DNA of 64,000 nt from Deltaproteobacteria bacterium (GCA_002731275.1 PCBK01000189.1:61888-125887), one strand, 5' to 3'. Shown: positions 37,751 through 47,785, counted from the stretch's first letter. Numbers and translations: made by a program. The notes: generated by a model not told the origin, from the letters alone.

Positions 37751-39130
37751 TCACTCGGGATTTGCGATAAGATCGAGCACTGAGGAAGAAGCAGAGTCAA
37801 GAGAGGGTGAGGAAGAGGGAATTCTGGGGGGCGCTGAGCCCACACCATCGATGAACACAAAACATCCAGCGTGCTCCTCAAAAGAGCGGGCTTTCTCAAG
37901 CGCCCGCTGGGCCTCTGTCGGACACGCCAACTCAGTTCCATGCTCAGCGTGGGCAAGGGAGCCACCAATGGACACCGAGATGTGTTCCTGTTGTCCTTGG
38001 AGGGTAAAGGGGCGCTCTAACTCTCGTTGAATCTCCTGTGCTACAGAAGTCAGGCTTACAGGGGTCCCAAATCCTTCGAGCAGAATGGAGAAACCTTTTG
38101 CCTGGGACCAGGAGAGCGAGTCCGTTGCACGGATACAAATTTGTATCCGACGGACAATCTCTCGCAAGAGTTGGCGTTTGATACGTTGTCCGAGACGCGC
38201 TTCGATCTCGGGCAGAGATTCGACGTGCAAGCACAATACACCGTAGTGAAAGTCAGAGAAGTGTGATTTTCGCAGATGCGCTTGTGAGAGGCGATCTTGT
38301 AAGATATGTTCGGGAAGAGATTGTGCGAGCGGCTCACTAGAACGGACTTGTGTGATATCGCGCATGGAACCTGCGAGACGGATCGCTTCTCCGTCATTAT
38401 CAAAGCTGGCAACTCCCCGGCAAGATACCCACCTGTATGCTCCTTCATGATCGAGCAGACGATGCTCGTGGAGAAAACACGAGGTCTTTCCTTCGAGATG
38501 TTCACGGATCGCAGCCCGTAGCGAACGAAGATCCTCTGCATGAACGCGTTCAAACCACAAGTCGTTGCTGCCGTTCGCTTCCACTTCGGGGAACCCAAGA
38601 ATACCATGCCATCGAGCAGAGAGGTGAAGTTGGCCGCTGCGCAGGTTCCAATCCCACAGCCCATCATGCGCTCCTCGTGCGGCGAGAGCATAGCGCTCTT
38701 CGGATTCGCGGTGGGCAAGCTCAGCACGACGTGCTCTCAGTTGTGTGCGGATACGTGCGAGCGCGACGGGAAAATCCACGGGTTTTGTGACGTAATCATT
38801 GGCTCCTCGTTCGAGACCATCAATAATATCATCACTTGAAGCTTTGGCCGTGACCAAGATTACCGGCAACTCGGACATAGAGTACATTTGCCGGAGCGTT
38901 TGCAGCACCTGCAATCCATCGATGTCAGGCATCATAATATCGAGCAACACGAGATCAAACTCGCGCTCACGAAAGAGTTGCAGCGCTTCAAACCCATTTG
39001 TTGCGATATCAACGTGATAACCGCACTTTTCGAGGCGCCTTTTGAGCAGCTTGCGGTTGAGTTCACTGTCATCAACAACCAACAATGAGCCTACATCTTC
39101 TATGTACTGTCGACGGTTCAAGTCTACCAT
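37751..39130 (-). CDS. Response regulator: REC, PAS and degenerate GGDEF domain
   Basis: LVVDDS...LLDIMMP...VTKP receiver; DGLWDWN...RVHAED PAS; GGDEF position reads QAKG; start uncertain (39130 or 39235). Confidence 0.8.
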   Translation of the reverse strand: MVDLNRRQYIEDVGSLLVVDDSELNRKLLKRRLEKCGYHVDIATNGFEALQLFREREFDLVLLDIMMPDIDGLQVLQTLRQMYSMSELPVILVTAKASSDDIIDGLERGANDYVTKPVDFPVALARIRTQLRARRAELAHRESEERYALAARGAHDGLWDWNLRSGQLHLSARWHGILGFPEVEANGSNDLWFERVHAEDLRSLRAAIREHLEGKTSCFLHEHRLLDHEGAYRWVSCRGVASFDNDGEAIRLAGSMRDITQVRSSEPLAQSLPEHILQDRLSQAHLRKSHFSDFHYGVLCLHVESLPEIEARLGQRIKRQLLREIVRRIQICIRATDSLSWSQAKGFSILLEGFGTPVSLTSVAQEIQRELERPFTLQGQQEHISVSIGGSLAHAEHGTELACPTEAQRALEKARSFEEHAGCFVFIDGVGSAPPRIPSSSPSLDSASSSVLDLIANPE

Positions 39131-39470
39131 CCCACTATCCACAACGGCTTGAAAAAACAGAATGTCATCTTTGCTCGCTTTGAGATCTGCGCTCAGGCAG
39201 TCGGATGTTTTTGGTTGCACATATGAGACAAACAATCCGCCTGCCGATTGGGTGGCGGGATCGATTCAAGAGTGTAACAAACTGGCATAAGATGAGCCAG
39301 AAAGAACCAACATAACACGATCCCGTGCCTCCAACAAAGCATTATCCTTGTGATGCGTTATGTTCTCATATCGATTCGTAATCAACTGTAAAGAATCAAG
39401 TTGGAGAGATGATAAAGTGATGGAAAGCGGGGAGTGAGGGAATGTTGAAGAAAACGACCTGAGGAAAAAA

Positions 39471-40700
39471 CTACAACTGCCCTTTGGCGGCTTTACGCCA
39501 ATACATCCACGGATTGATATACCGACTCTTCAGCCATGAGAGATAGCCTTCTTCCTCAGAGCCCATAGACACAGCGACCTGCTCATTTTCGTAATCGAAC
39601 CCGGTCAACAGCGCCTGTTTGTTTGCAGAGCTGAGTGAGACAGAGGCATGTCCGTCGTATTTTTTGAAGGTCCCTGGCCCTTTCCCCTTGAGGGTCGCGA
39701 GTAAGTTATACGCAACGATGGGCGCTTGACCTTCTGCAGCAGCATCGACTCTGGGGATCGGGAGCGCGAGCGCGTCACCTATCCCAAAGTAGTACTTTTG
39801 CTTTTTGTGTTGGAGGGTGTGCTGATCGACCGCCATCAATCCTTTGCTATCGCCCGTGCGGGCAGCGAGCTTGGCTTTGTTGAGCGGCTCAGGTGGGATC
39901 AGAGCAGGTGTAACGTGCAGGAGGTCGTAATCAAGCTCAAGAGTCTCACCGCTCGCCTTCCCTTTTTCGTTGAGTTGATCGAAGACGATGGTGCGCTTGT
40001 CAGCGTCGATCGACTTAAAGCCATGGTTAAAATGAAGCTCAACACCTTTTTGTTTCGCGATGGCTTCGAGCTTTTCTCTGATCTTTGTAGATGGAAAGAG
40101 ATCGGGTCGAATCGCGACAAAGTGGAAAGACGATTTGTCACGTAGGCCTTTTTTGCGGAGCACGTCGTCCAATAAAAACAAAAAGCGCTGTGCAGCCTCT
40201 TCACCTTTGAGTTGGCTCATCATCGCAAAGACGACCTTCCCACCTTCAAAGGAGTTCACCATCTTTTGTGTCGCGCGTGCGTTTTCCAAATCGAGGGTGT
40301 GACAGATGCCATTTTCACCAACGAGCGCATCGACACCCTTCATCGACTTCTTCCAGTTGGGGACGAGTCCGTCAGCCCAAACGAGGAACTCAAATGGGAT
40401 CTCACGACCACTCTCCAAAATCACGACCTTCTTTTTGGGATCGAGCTTTTTGAGACCTTGTCTTGCCCAGTTGATCTGTTTGGGGAGCACATCTGCGAGT
40501 GGCTTCGAGACCTCTTCTGGCGTCGCCAGACCTGCAGCCAACCAGGGTAACAGAGGCTCATACACATGCGATGTTGAAGGCTCTACGATGGTCACATTGG
40601 GCCAACGCATCATCCGGAAGATCTGGTTTGCGACACGCAAGCCAGCCGAGTTGCCTCCCACAATCACAATCTTTCTTCTCGAATTCGACGTCAACGTCAT
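39471..40700 (-). CDS. Type II sulfide:quinone oxidoreductase-like flavoprotein lacking the catalytic cysteines
   Basis: IVIVGGNSAG, IVEPS..HVYEP, YDLLHVTP, VDQHTLQH, FGIGD, KYDG and MYW..KG collinear with SqrB/SQOR. Confidence 0.85.
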   Translation of the reverse strand: MTLTSNSRRKIVIVGGNSAGLRVANQIFRMMRWPNVTIVEPSTSHVYEPLLPWLAAGLATPEEVSKPLADVLPKQINWARQGLKKLDPKKKVVILESGREIPFEFLVWADGLVPNWKKSMKGVDALVGENGICHTLDLENARATQKMVNSFEGGKVVFAMMSQLKGEEAAQRFLFLLDDVLRKKGLRDKSSFHFVAIRPDLFPSTKIREKLEAIAKQKGVELHFNHGFKSIDADKRTIVFDQLNEKGKASGETLELDYDLLHVTPALIPPEPLNKAKLAARTGDSKGLMAVDQHTLQHKKQKYYFGIGDALALPIPRVDAAAEGQAPIVAYNLLATLKGKGPGTFKKYDGHASVSLSSANKQALLTGFDYENEQVAVSMGSEEEGYLSWLKSRYINPWMYWRKAAKGQL

Positions 40701-40855
40701 CCAAACACTCCTTGCTCTAACGAGAACATGCAAAACATCACGGACGCACACAACATAACCAAAGACCCCCACCAATGTAAAGACACCCTCACCATTTTTC
40801 CACGACACAACCCGTGAACTCTTGCCCTTTCATCCCACACGACGAGGCCAGACCT

Positions 40856-43060
40856 TCACAACAAGGCCTCCTGTAAACGCCAATCAAGGCGACTACATCG
40901 TTTTCTGATCCGGTCGTTGCTGACTGCGATGTTGAGCGAACGCTTGTCTCCGACAAGCACGACCAATCTCTTGCCACGCGTCATCCCTGTGTACAGGAGA
41001 TTGCGCTGCAACATCACAAAATGCTGAGAGTGGACGGGGATGACAACGGCCGGGTATTCGCTCCCCTGGCTCTTATGGACGCTGATCGCATATGCCAATG
41101 TCAGCTCGTCGATATCGGTCCTATCATAGGCAACCGCGCGCCCATCAAAGAGCACCGTCATCTTGATCTCTTTTGCATCGATCTCCTCGATCACACCAAC
41201 ATCACCATTAAAGACATCCTTATCGTAGTTGTTTCTCATCTGTAGCACCCGATCCCCACGAAAGAACTCATTGCCCGAAAAGGATAAGGAGGCACCTTCG
41301 TTGCTCAGACGCTGTTGCAACATCCGATTGAGTGATGTCACACCAATATCTCCCCGGTACATAGGGGAAATCACCTGGATATCCAGTGGTTGAAAACCAA
41401 AACGTTTGGGGATCCGTTCACAAACGAGATCGCTGATGATCTGCGCGACCTGTTGGGGCTGACTACGAGGGATAAAGTAAAAATCCAGCAATTGATTGGG
41501 CTTAGGAGCAGGAAGAATCGGCATCAACCCCTGATTGATACGGTGAGCATTTTCGATGATCAACCCATGCTGTGCTTGTCGGAAAATCTGATTGAGGGTG
41601 GTGACGGGGATCGTGTCGGACGCGATCAGATCACTCAGAACATTCCCAGGTCCCACAGAAGGCAGCTGATCGACATCTCCAACAAACACGAGTTGTGCGT
41701 GTTCAGGGACCGCACGAATGAGCGCGTAAAAGAGGAAGATATCGATCATGGAGGCTTCGTCGACGATCACAAAGTCAGCGCGCAGAGGGTTGTCTTTGTC
41801 CTTCATAAAACGAAACTCATGTGGAGAGAAGTCGAGCAAGCGGTGCAGTGTTTTGGCTTGCTCTCCAGTCGCTTCCCCCAGTCTTTTTGCCGCCCGCCCT
41901 GTTGGAGCCGCCAGCAAAATATCCGCCCCCTGTTCCTTGATCAACTCACACACAGCCCTGATGATCGTGGTCTTCCCTGTACCGGGTCCTCCTGTGATGA
42001 TCGACACAGGCGAACACAGCGCCATCTCCACAGCCTGACGCTGCGCAGGAGCGAGCTGGATGCGAAATTTCTTCTCGAAGAGATCGACAGCTTTATCAAA
42101 AGAAGATGGTGTCTTGAGCGTGTGGCGATTGAGCAACTTGAGCAACGCAGAGGACGCCCCACGCTCACACGCCGCGAGCACGCTGCGAAAAACGGCGACG
42201 TCGTCTTCTTCGAAGGGTTCAAGCCAAATCTCTTGTCGACCTTCCAGGACCGCGATCGCTTCGGTGAGCTTTTCGATCGAAATACCAAGTTCCTTGTGGA
42301 CTTCCGCAAGCAAGCTCGTTTGAGGATAGAACACGTGCCCTTGGTCGCTCATCATTTGCAGATGAAACAGGATACCGGCTTCGGCGCGAAATGGACTGTC
42401 AAAAGGCAACCCTAGTGATTGTGCGATCTGATCGGCTGAACGAAACCCAATCCCACGAATGTCCGTCGCCAAGCGATAGGGGTTATCGCGCAATAAACCA
42501 ATCGTCTCCTGCCCATAGGTGCGAAAAATCTTGATGGAGTGGTTGAGCGAGATCCCATGTCCCTGCAAAAAGACCATCACCTCCTGTTGAGCTTGGTGCT
42601 CTTGCCACGCAGCACGGATCTGCATCGCCCGTGACGCGCCGATCCCCTTCACCTCACTTAAACGTTCAGGCTCCTCCTCGATAATGCGCAAGGTATCAAA
42701 ACCAAAGTAACGAACGAGTTGTTTTGCGAGGTGGGGCCCGATCCCCTTCACCATGCCACCGAGATAACGCTGGATTCCCTTGAGGGTAGAGGGCTTGCTT
42801 CGCACATAGTGCTCACAGCGAAATTGTCGACCATATCGAGGATTCTCGCTCCACTGCCCTTGAAGCTGCAATTCTTCGCCTGGCTGGACGTCGAGAAATT
42901 TCCCAACAACAGTGACTGACTCCTCGGTATCATTGAGGATAAGACGCAGGACAGTGTAGGAGGTTTCAGCGTTGCTGTAGACGATCTGGTTGACCGTGCC
43001 ACGAAGGATCTCACGCGGTGTTTGGAAGAGAGAGGCAGTTTGATTGGATGAGGTTTGCAT
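40856..43060 (-). CDS. recD2: ATP-dependent RecD-like DNA helicase
   Basis: N-terminal OB/HhH region (VKGIG twice), GGPGTGKTT, APTGRAA, VDEASM, GDVDQLPSVGPG and HKSQGSEY. Confidence 0.95.
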   Translation of the reverse strand: MQTSSNQTASLFQTPREILRGTVNQIVYSNAETSYTVLRLILNDTEESVTVVGKFLDVQPGEELQLQGQWSENPRYGRQFRCEHYVRSKPSTLKGIQRYLGGMVKGIGPHLAKQLVRYFGFDTLRIIEEEPERLSEVKGIGASRAMQIRAAWQEHQAQQEVMVFLQGHGISLNHSIKIFRTYGQETIGLLRDNPYRLATDIRGIGFRSADQIAQSLGLPFDSPFRAEAGILFHLQMMSDQGHVFYPQTSLLAEVHKELGISIEKLTEAIAVLEGRQEIWLEPFEEDDVAVFRSVLAACERGASSALLKLLNRHTLKTPSSFDKAVDLFEKKFRIQLAPAQRQAVEMALCSPVSIITGGPGTGKTTIIRAVCELIKEQGADILLAAPTGRAAKRLGEATGEQAKTLHRLLDFSPHEFRFMKDKDNPLRADFVIVDEASMIDIFLFYALIRAVPEHAQLVFVGDVDQLPSVGPGNVLSDLIASDTIPVTTLNQIFRQAQHGLIIENAHRINQGLMPILPAPKPNQLLDFYFIPRSQPQQVAQIISDLVCERIPKRFGFQPLDIQVISPMYRGDIGVTSLNRMLQQRLSNEGASLSFSGNEFFRGDRVLQMRNNYDKDVFNGDVGVIEEIDAKEIKMTVLFDGRAVAYDRTDIDELTLAYAISVHKSQGSEYPAVVIPVHSQHFVMLQRNLLYTGMTRGKRLVVLVGDKRSLNIAVSNDRIRKRCSRLDWRLQEALL

Positions 43061-43110
43061 CCTGATATTGACCTGTGGGCCTTGAGCCTGTTGAGAGCGC
43101 TGTCAGTGCG

Positions 43111-44568
43111 TTATCTTGAAGGTGGCAACCCAGACTTCAAAGAGGAACGCAAGCCAGGAAACTCGATAGAATATCCTGCAGGAAGACGACCTTGCAGTCG
43201 GCTATGGAGTGCAGGGCGGAGCTGTATACGAGCGACATATTCGCGATTTTGTTTGAGGCGTGCGGGCAGTCGGTAGGCAGGAAACCCTTCAAAGACGGGC
43301 TTGAGTTTGTAATTACTTCGATAACGAGAGCCTTTAAAGGTGTGGTAGAGGAACACCTTCACGCGCATGTTTGGGACCATCATGCCAGTTCTTTTGTCCT
43401 GCACAAACACGACGATGTCGGAGTTTTTGTAACCTTTCGAAGACGTCGCCACAGGTTTTCCTCTCCACTTGTACACCCTCTGGTGCGGCACCAGCGCGAC
43501 ACCGACGCGATATGGTCCACCGGTCCGGATCTGTCCCCCGACCATCGCCGCAGCAAACAAGACGTCATCTCCTGTCACAGGCGAAGCTTTAGGCTTGAGT
43601 GAGGCGGAAAATTGCAACGCGCCACTTTTGTAGTTCGCAGGGAATTGGGCGACAGCAGAACGCAGGAGCGCATAGCGTGTACGCTCTGTTCGTGTCACAG
43701 GGAAAGGTGAGATCGAGATTTGAAGTGTTGTCAGCGCGCTTTTGGGTGAAGGGACATACCCTGCATACACAGGATATCCTCTCCATACAAAGAACATTTT
43801 TTGTGTGGAGAGTTGTTTCTTCTTTTTGCCATCAAGCAGCTCGACGGAGACATCTGTCCCAGAGAGCGGGACACCAGAGCGAGTATCACGGATCATCGCG
43901 TACACCAACCAACGCGCACCACGAGAAGGCTTGATCATGTAACGTCGATCGGAGAGATTGACCTCTCTCCAGCGATAGAGGCTCGTAGCAGGTTCTACCC
44001 AGATCCCTACGCGGTAGGGGCCAACAACCTTTTCAGCGATCATCTTTCTCTGCACATCGCTGAGGGTTGCTTTGTAGTCACTGAGCAACGTCGTACGAAG
44101 TTCAGAGGGGAGCTGACCCGTTTGGTGCATCAACGCGTAGGTCATCTGCCCAAGCACTTGTGGGTGGGACTTGCTCTTCATCGCGGAGTGCATTTTGGAG
44201 AGTGATTCTCCCAAGTGTTTGGCCGCCTCCGGATCTTGTTTTTTGAGTGTTTTTGAAATCGATGCGAAAGCTTTTTGTGCTCGCCCCAGCGCCGCTTTCG
44301 CCTTGTGGAAATCCGTCCAACTGCGGATTTTTCCGTTGTGATAGGCTTTTTGGTAGATCTCTTGTGCCTGCTTCAGCGAAAACATCACATCACCCATCAC
44401 GGTGGAGATCTTTTTGGTCGAAGTTTTTCGTGCAGCCGCTTTCTTCGCGAGTGCTTGCTTCTTTGTGTTCTTGCTTCCAGATGCCAGACTTTCCTGTGCC
44501 TTGCGGCAATTGACTCCAACCAACGTCGTGGCACACACAACACATATCACCATTATTGTACGTAGCAT
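43111..44568 (-). CDS. Exported basic protein: helical domain plus two tandem P19/Tp34 (iron transport protein)-like domains
   Basis: Signal peptide with possible lipobox (GVNC); internal repeat GPYRVG...Y(R/K)W...D(T/K)R(S/T)G...GYP/GFP; GGGAG SD before ATG 44568. Confidence 0.6.
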   Translation of the reverse strand: MLRTIMVICVVCATTLVGVNCRKAQESLASGSKNTKKQALAKKAAARKTSTKKISTVMGDVMFSLKQAQEIYQKAYHNGKIRSWTDFHKAKAALGRAQKAFASISKTLKKQDPEAAKHLGESLSKMHSAMKSKSHPQVLGQMTYALMHQTGQLPSELRTTLLSDYKATLSDVQRKMIAEKVVGPYRVGIWVEPATSLYRWREVNLSDRRYMIKPSRGARWLVYAMIRDTRSGVPLSGTDVSVELLDGKKKKQLSTQKMFFVWRGYPVYAGYVPSPKSALTTLQISISPFPVTRTERTRYALLRSAVAQFPANYKSGALQFSASLKPKASPVTGDDVLFAAAMVGGQIRTGGPYRVGVALVPHQRVYKWRGKPVATSSKGYKNSDIVVFVQDKRTGMMVPNMRVKVFLYHTFKGSRYRSNYKLKPVFEGFPAYRLPARLKQNREYVARIQLRPALHSRLQGRLPAGYSIEFPGLRSSLKSGLPPSR

Positions 44569-45201
44569 TTTCACTCCCGCTTCCTTCACATACACGAAAC
44601 ACAACAACGTATGTAAATCGTTACATCACTATCCAAAGAATGATATCCGCACACACTGCCATGTCGACAGTATATACAAAACATCCACCCCAAATGTAAA
44701 ATGAATGCCATGCCAAGACACCCTCATCCACATCAAAGGTGACAACAATCTGCTTATGGAGACACTCCTAAGCAAATCAAATGCCAAATCACCCCCACCT
44801 GGATATTGTGAAGAAATCGCAAAAACAAAAGAGCACTTACTCTCATTATCACCCTACACACCACACCTGACAGAGCATGTCATATATATACGAAACTTTA
44901 CACTTTATCTCCAGAGACACAAGCATCACCCCCTCATAAACGCAAAGAAAACCCCATTCCATCTTTAAGAACAAAGACATACAAAAACAACTTGGAGCGG
45001 TAACCTACATACCTACGAGGTGGAGGAGCCTTCCTCCACTCTCCCAAAAAGCCCTACCAACATCGACAGAGACACAAGACTTGTCAAAATTTTGATTTCC
45101 GCGCCCCACTTGTCCACACTGACAACGCATGTGCAGCACCAAAGCAGCTGCACACAGACGAAAAAGTGTACACACCATCCTGAGCTGCAGGGATATACAA
45201 C

Positions 45202-46437
45202 ATGGAAAAGCAAAGAAAAGAGATGGCCATTTGGAGTGATCCATGGCTCTTGTTCATCGCGATCGCGCTCGCGCTCCTCGGCGTCGTGATGATCTACTCA
45301 TCGACGCACAACCTCGCCCAAGAGCGTATGCACGACGCATACTTCTTCCTCAAGAAACACATGCTCAGTCTATTTGCCGGATGTGTGGCGTTGTATCTCA
45401 CGACAATCATTCCTCTCGAAAAAATGCGAATGCTCGTCATCCCCCTGTTGCTCGGTGTCTTTGGGTTGTTGGTGCTCGTCTTGGTGCCAGGCTTTGGTGT
45501 CCGGGCTGGCGGCGCAATCCGCTGGATCAAGATCGCTGGAATCCGGCTTGGACAGCCCGCAGAGCTCGCCAAACTCGCGGTGATCTTTTACCTCGCGAGT
45601 TCACTCGCCCGCAAACAAGATCGCATCGAACACTTTATGGTCGGCTTTGTCCCCAACGTGATCATTGTCGGCGCGATCGTCGGTCTACTCATGTTGCAAC
45701 CCGACTTTGGCACATCCATGATGCTCTTGACGATCATGGGGATCATGATGTTCGTAGGTCGTGTCCCCATCCAATATCTGCTCGGGAGCGCGATGCTCGC
45801 GCTCCCCGCAGTCTATCTCGCCCTGATCTGGAGCCCCTATCGCTGGAAGCGCATCATGTCCTTCCTCGATCCGATGGCCAAAGAGAACATCCAAGATGGC
45901 GCATACCAACTCGTTCAATCCCTCAAAGCATTCGCAAGTGGCGGTTTATGGGGGCTGGGGGTTGGACATGGCAAACAAAAGCTTGGCTACCTACCAGAAG
46001 CCCACACAGACTTTATCTTCGCTGTGGTCGGAGAAGAACTCGGATTGATCGGTGTGCTGTTTGTCATCGGTGGCATACTCTTCCTGATCTATCGAGGATT
46101 CCGTATCTCCCAACGCACCCCTGTCCTATTTTACCGCTTCCTCGCGTTGGGCTTAACGTGTATGATCGGTGTGCAGACCCTCATTAACATGGGCGTCGTG
46201 ATGGGCTCTTTGCCGACGAAAGGGATGCCTATGCCGTTTATCTCGTTTGCGCGCTCCTCCTTGATCGTCGTCCTCGCAGCCATCGGTGTCTTGCTACAGA
46301 TCGAATACGACACACAACAAAAACAGCTCAAGCAGTTACTCAGTCAACGTTCAAAAAAGACAGGGCAGACACAAAAGGCCAAGAAACGCGCCCCCAAACA
46401 AGCCAACGCAACAAAAGATCTACGCGCTCCCGCCTAG
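45202..46437 (+). CDS. ftsW: SEDS peptidoglycan polymerase FtsW
   Basis: GVVMIYSS, GAIRWI, QPAELAK, QPDFGT, YLPEAHTDFIFAVVGEELG and PTKGMPMPFIS motifs. Confidence 0.9.
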   Translation: MEKQRKEMAIWSDPWLLFIAIALALLGVVMIYSSTHNLAQERMHDAYFFLKKHMLSLFAGCVALYLTTIIPLEKMRMLVIPLLLGVFGLLVLVLVPGFGVRAGGAIRWIKIAGIRLGQPAELAKLAVIFYLASSLARKQDRIEHFMVGFVPNVIIVGAIVGLLMLQPDFGTSMMLLTIMGIMMFVGRVPIQYLLGSAMLALPAVYLALIWSPYRWKRIMSFLDPMAKENIQDGAYQLVQSLKAFASGGLWGLGVGHGKQKLGYLPEAHTDFIFAVVGEELGLIGVLFVIGGILFLIYRGFRISQRTPVLFYRFLALGLTCMIGVQTLINMGVVMGSLPTKGMPMPFISFARSSLIVVLAAIGVLLQIEYDTQQKQLKQLLSQRSKKTGQTQKAKKRAPKQANATKDLRAPA

Positions 46438-46549
46438 CCACTCCTCCAAAGCATCCAAGCACCATATCCAACTCCAGACCGCGGCCAAAGAGAAAAGACA
46501 GCCCTCTCACCACTTGCAGACTTCGCGAGAAGACGCCATAGTCATCCCG

Positions 46550-47785
46550 TCACGTCAACAGCGCCCAGATCCAGAACCCACTTTGCAACACCCCTGCCAA
46601 CATCAACGACAACGCGATCCCAATCCACACGACTCCAAGCACACGGTGATTATCCAGATACCGCCCCAGCTCTTGCGCTGCACGCTTAAAAAACGTCGAA
46701 GGACAGTGAATGCAGATCCGCCCCTCTGTCGTCGCCTGCAAGATCACGATCATCTCATCAACAGAACGAAAGCGTCGCTCTCTCGACTTTTGCAGACCTT
46801 CGCGCAAGAAAAAACACAGCTCCCTCGGGACGGGGCCTTGGTGAGGATGTGACAAGGACTCCGAATCCACTGCAGGCTCAGAGACAATGCCGTTGAACAA
46901 CTCCTCAATGGTACGTTTGTTCGTGAGATAGTGCTGTAAATTCAAAAACTCAAAGAACACAACACACAAGCTGTACACGTCGCTTCTTTCGTCGAGCTCA
47001 TCGTTGAGTCCATATGCCTGTTCAGGTGACATATACGCAGGGGTCCCGACGAGCGCGCCCTTCTGGGTCCGAAAGACTCTGTCCTCCCAATCGCCTGAGC
47101 AGTTGGATGTATGGGCAAATGTCTGGGCTGCATTCTTGAGAAATTGTGCGTCGTGTTCAGAAGTCGAAGAAGTCTTGCGGATCTTCTTCGCGGAGCCCCA
47201 ATCCATGACCATCACTTCGCCGTATTGACCAATCATAATGTTATCAGGCTTGAGATCCCGATGGATATAGCCAGCGCGATGGGCAAACGCAACACCACGC
47301 AGGATCTCCAGAAAGATCTGTGTACGTCTCTCAAAAGTATATGTCAGGTGCGCGGCAGGATCGCCATCCTTGAGCTTTTGAATGATCTGTTTGAGCGTCT
47401 CCCCTTCGACGTACTTCATGGTAAAAAAGTAATCGCCCTCTTCATCCACCCCAACATCGTGGATGGGCACAATATTTGGATGTTCAAGCTGCCCGACAAT
47501 CTGGACTTCTTCGATGAAGCGCATCACCTGCAGATCTTTTTTCTTGTCCTTGCGAATCTTCTTTCTCGCGACGGCCCGACGGATGTCGTTGTCCTGCACC
47601 AGATCGACTTCCCCAATCGCGCCCATCCCAAGAGGCTTCAAACGTTGATAGCGAAGCTGTTGCTCAAACACCAGCTCCGCCTCTCCCTGCTCATTGGCCC
47701 GGATCTTCGGAAAAGTAGACTCTCTATGCAGGACAGCAGTGTCCTGCCCTTCTTCGACAATCGTCGCGAACGGATCTTCTCGCAT
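46550..47785 (-). CDS. Hanks-type Ser/Thr protein kinase with C-terminal TM helix
   Basis: LGMGAIGEV, VARKK, HPNIVPIHD, HRDLKPDN, DWG and GTPAYMSPEQ; start 47785 or 47812. Confidence 0.92.
   Translation of the reverse strand: MREDPFATIVEEGQDTAVLHRESTFPKIRANEQGEAELVFEQQLRYQRLKPLGMGAIGEVDLVQDNDIRRAVARKKIRKDKKKDLQVMRFIEEVQIVGQLEHPNIVPIHDVGVDEEGDYFFTMKYVEGETLKQIIQKLKDGDPAAHLTYTFERRTQIFLEILRGVAFAHRAGYIHRDLKPDNIMIGQYGEVMVMDWGSAKKIRKTSSTSEHDAQFLKNAAQTFAHTSNCSGDWEDRVFRTQKGALVGTPAYMSPEQAYGLNDELDERSDVYSLCVVFFEFLNLQHYLTNKRTIEELFNGIVSEPAVDSESLSHPHQGPVPRELCFFLREGLQKSRERRFRSVDEMIVILQATTEGRICIHCPSTFFKRAAQELGRYLDNHRVLGVVWIGIALSLMLAGVLQSGFWIWALLT

Noticed and set aside
39471-40700. Selenocysteine replacing the missing SQR cysteines
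   Set aside because: The codons are GGT and GTC in an uninterrupted frame; there is no in-frame TGA.
45110-45118. DnaA-box-like TTGTCCACA in a long intergenic region, suggesting oriC
   Set aside because: Single imperfect box with no cluster and no dnaA/dnaN/gidA context.
45243-46187. 314-aa alternative-frame ORF within ftsW (similarly 41390-42415, 36103-37005, 17211-17996)
   Set aside because: Each overlaps a well-conserved gene and has no motifs; typical off-frame or antisense artefacts.
47190-47215. DWG instead of DFG in the kinase, suggesting a pseudokinase
   Set aside because: DWG is a known variant in myxobacterial and planctomycete kinases; the catalytic Lys, HRDLKPDN and the Asp are intact.
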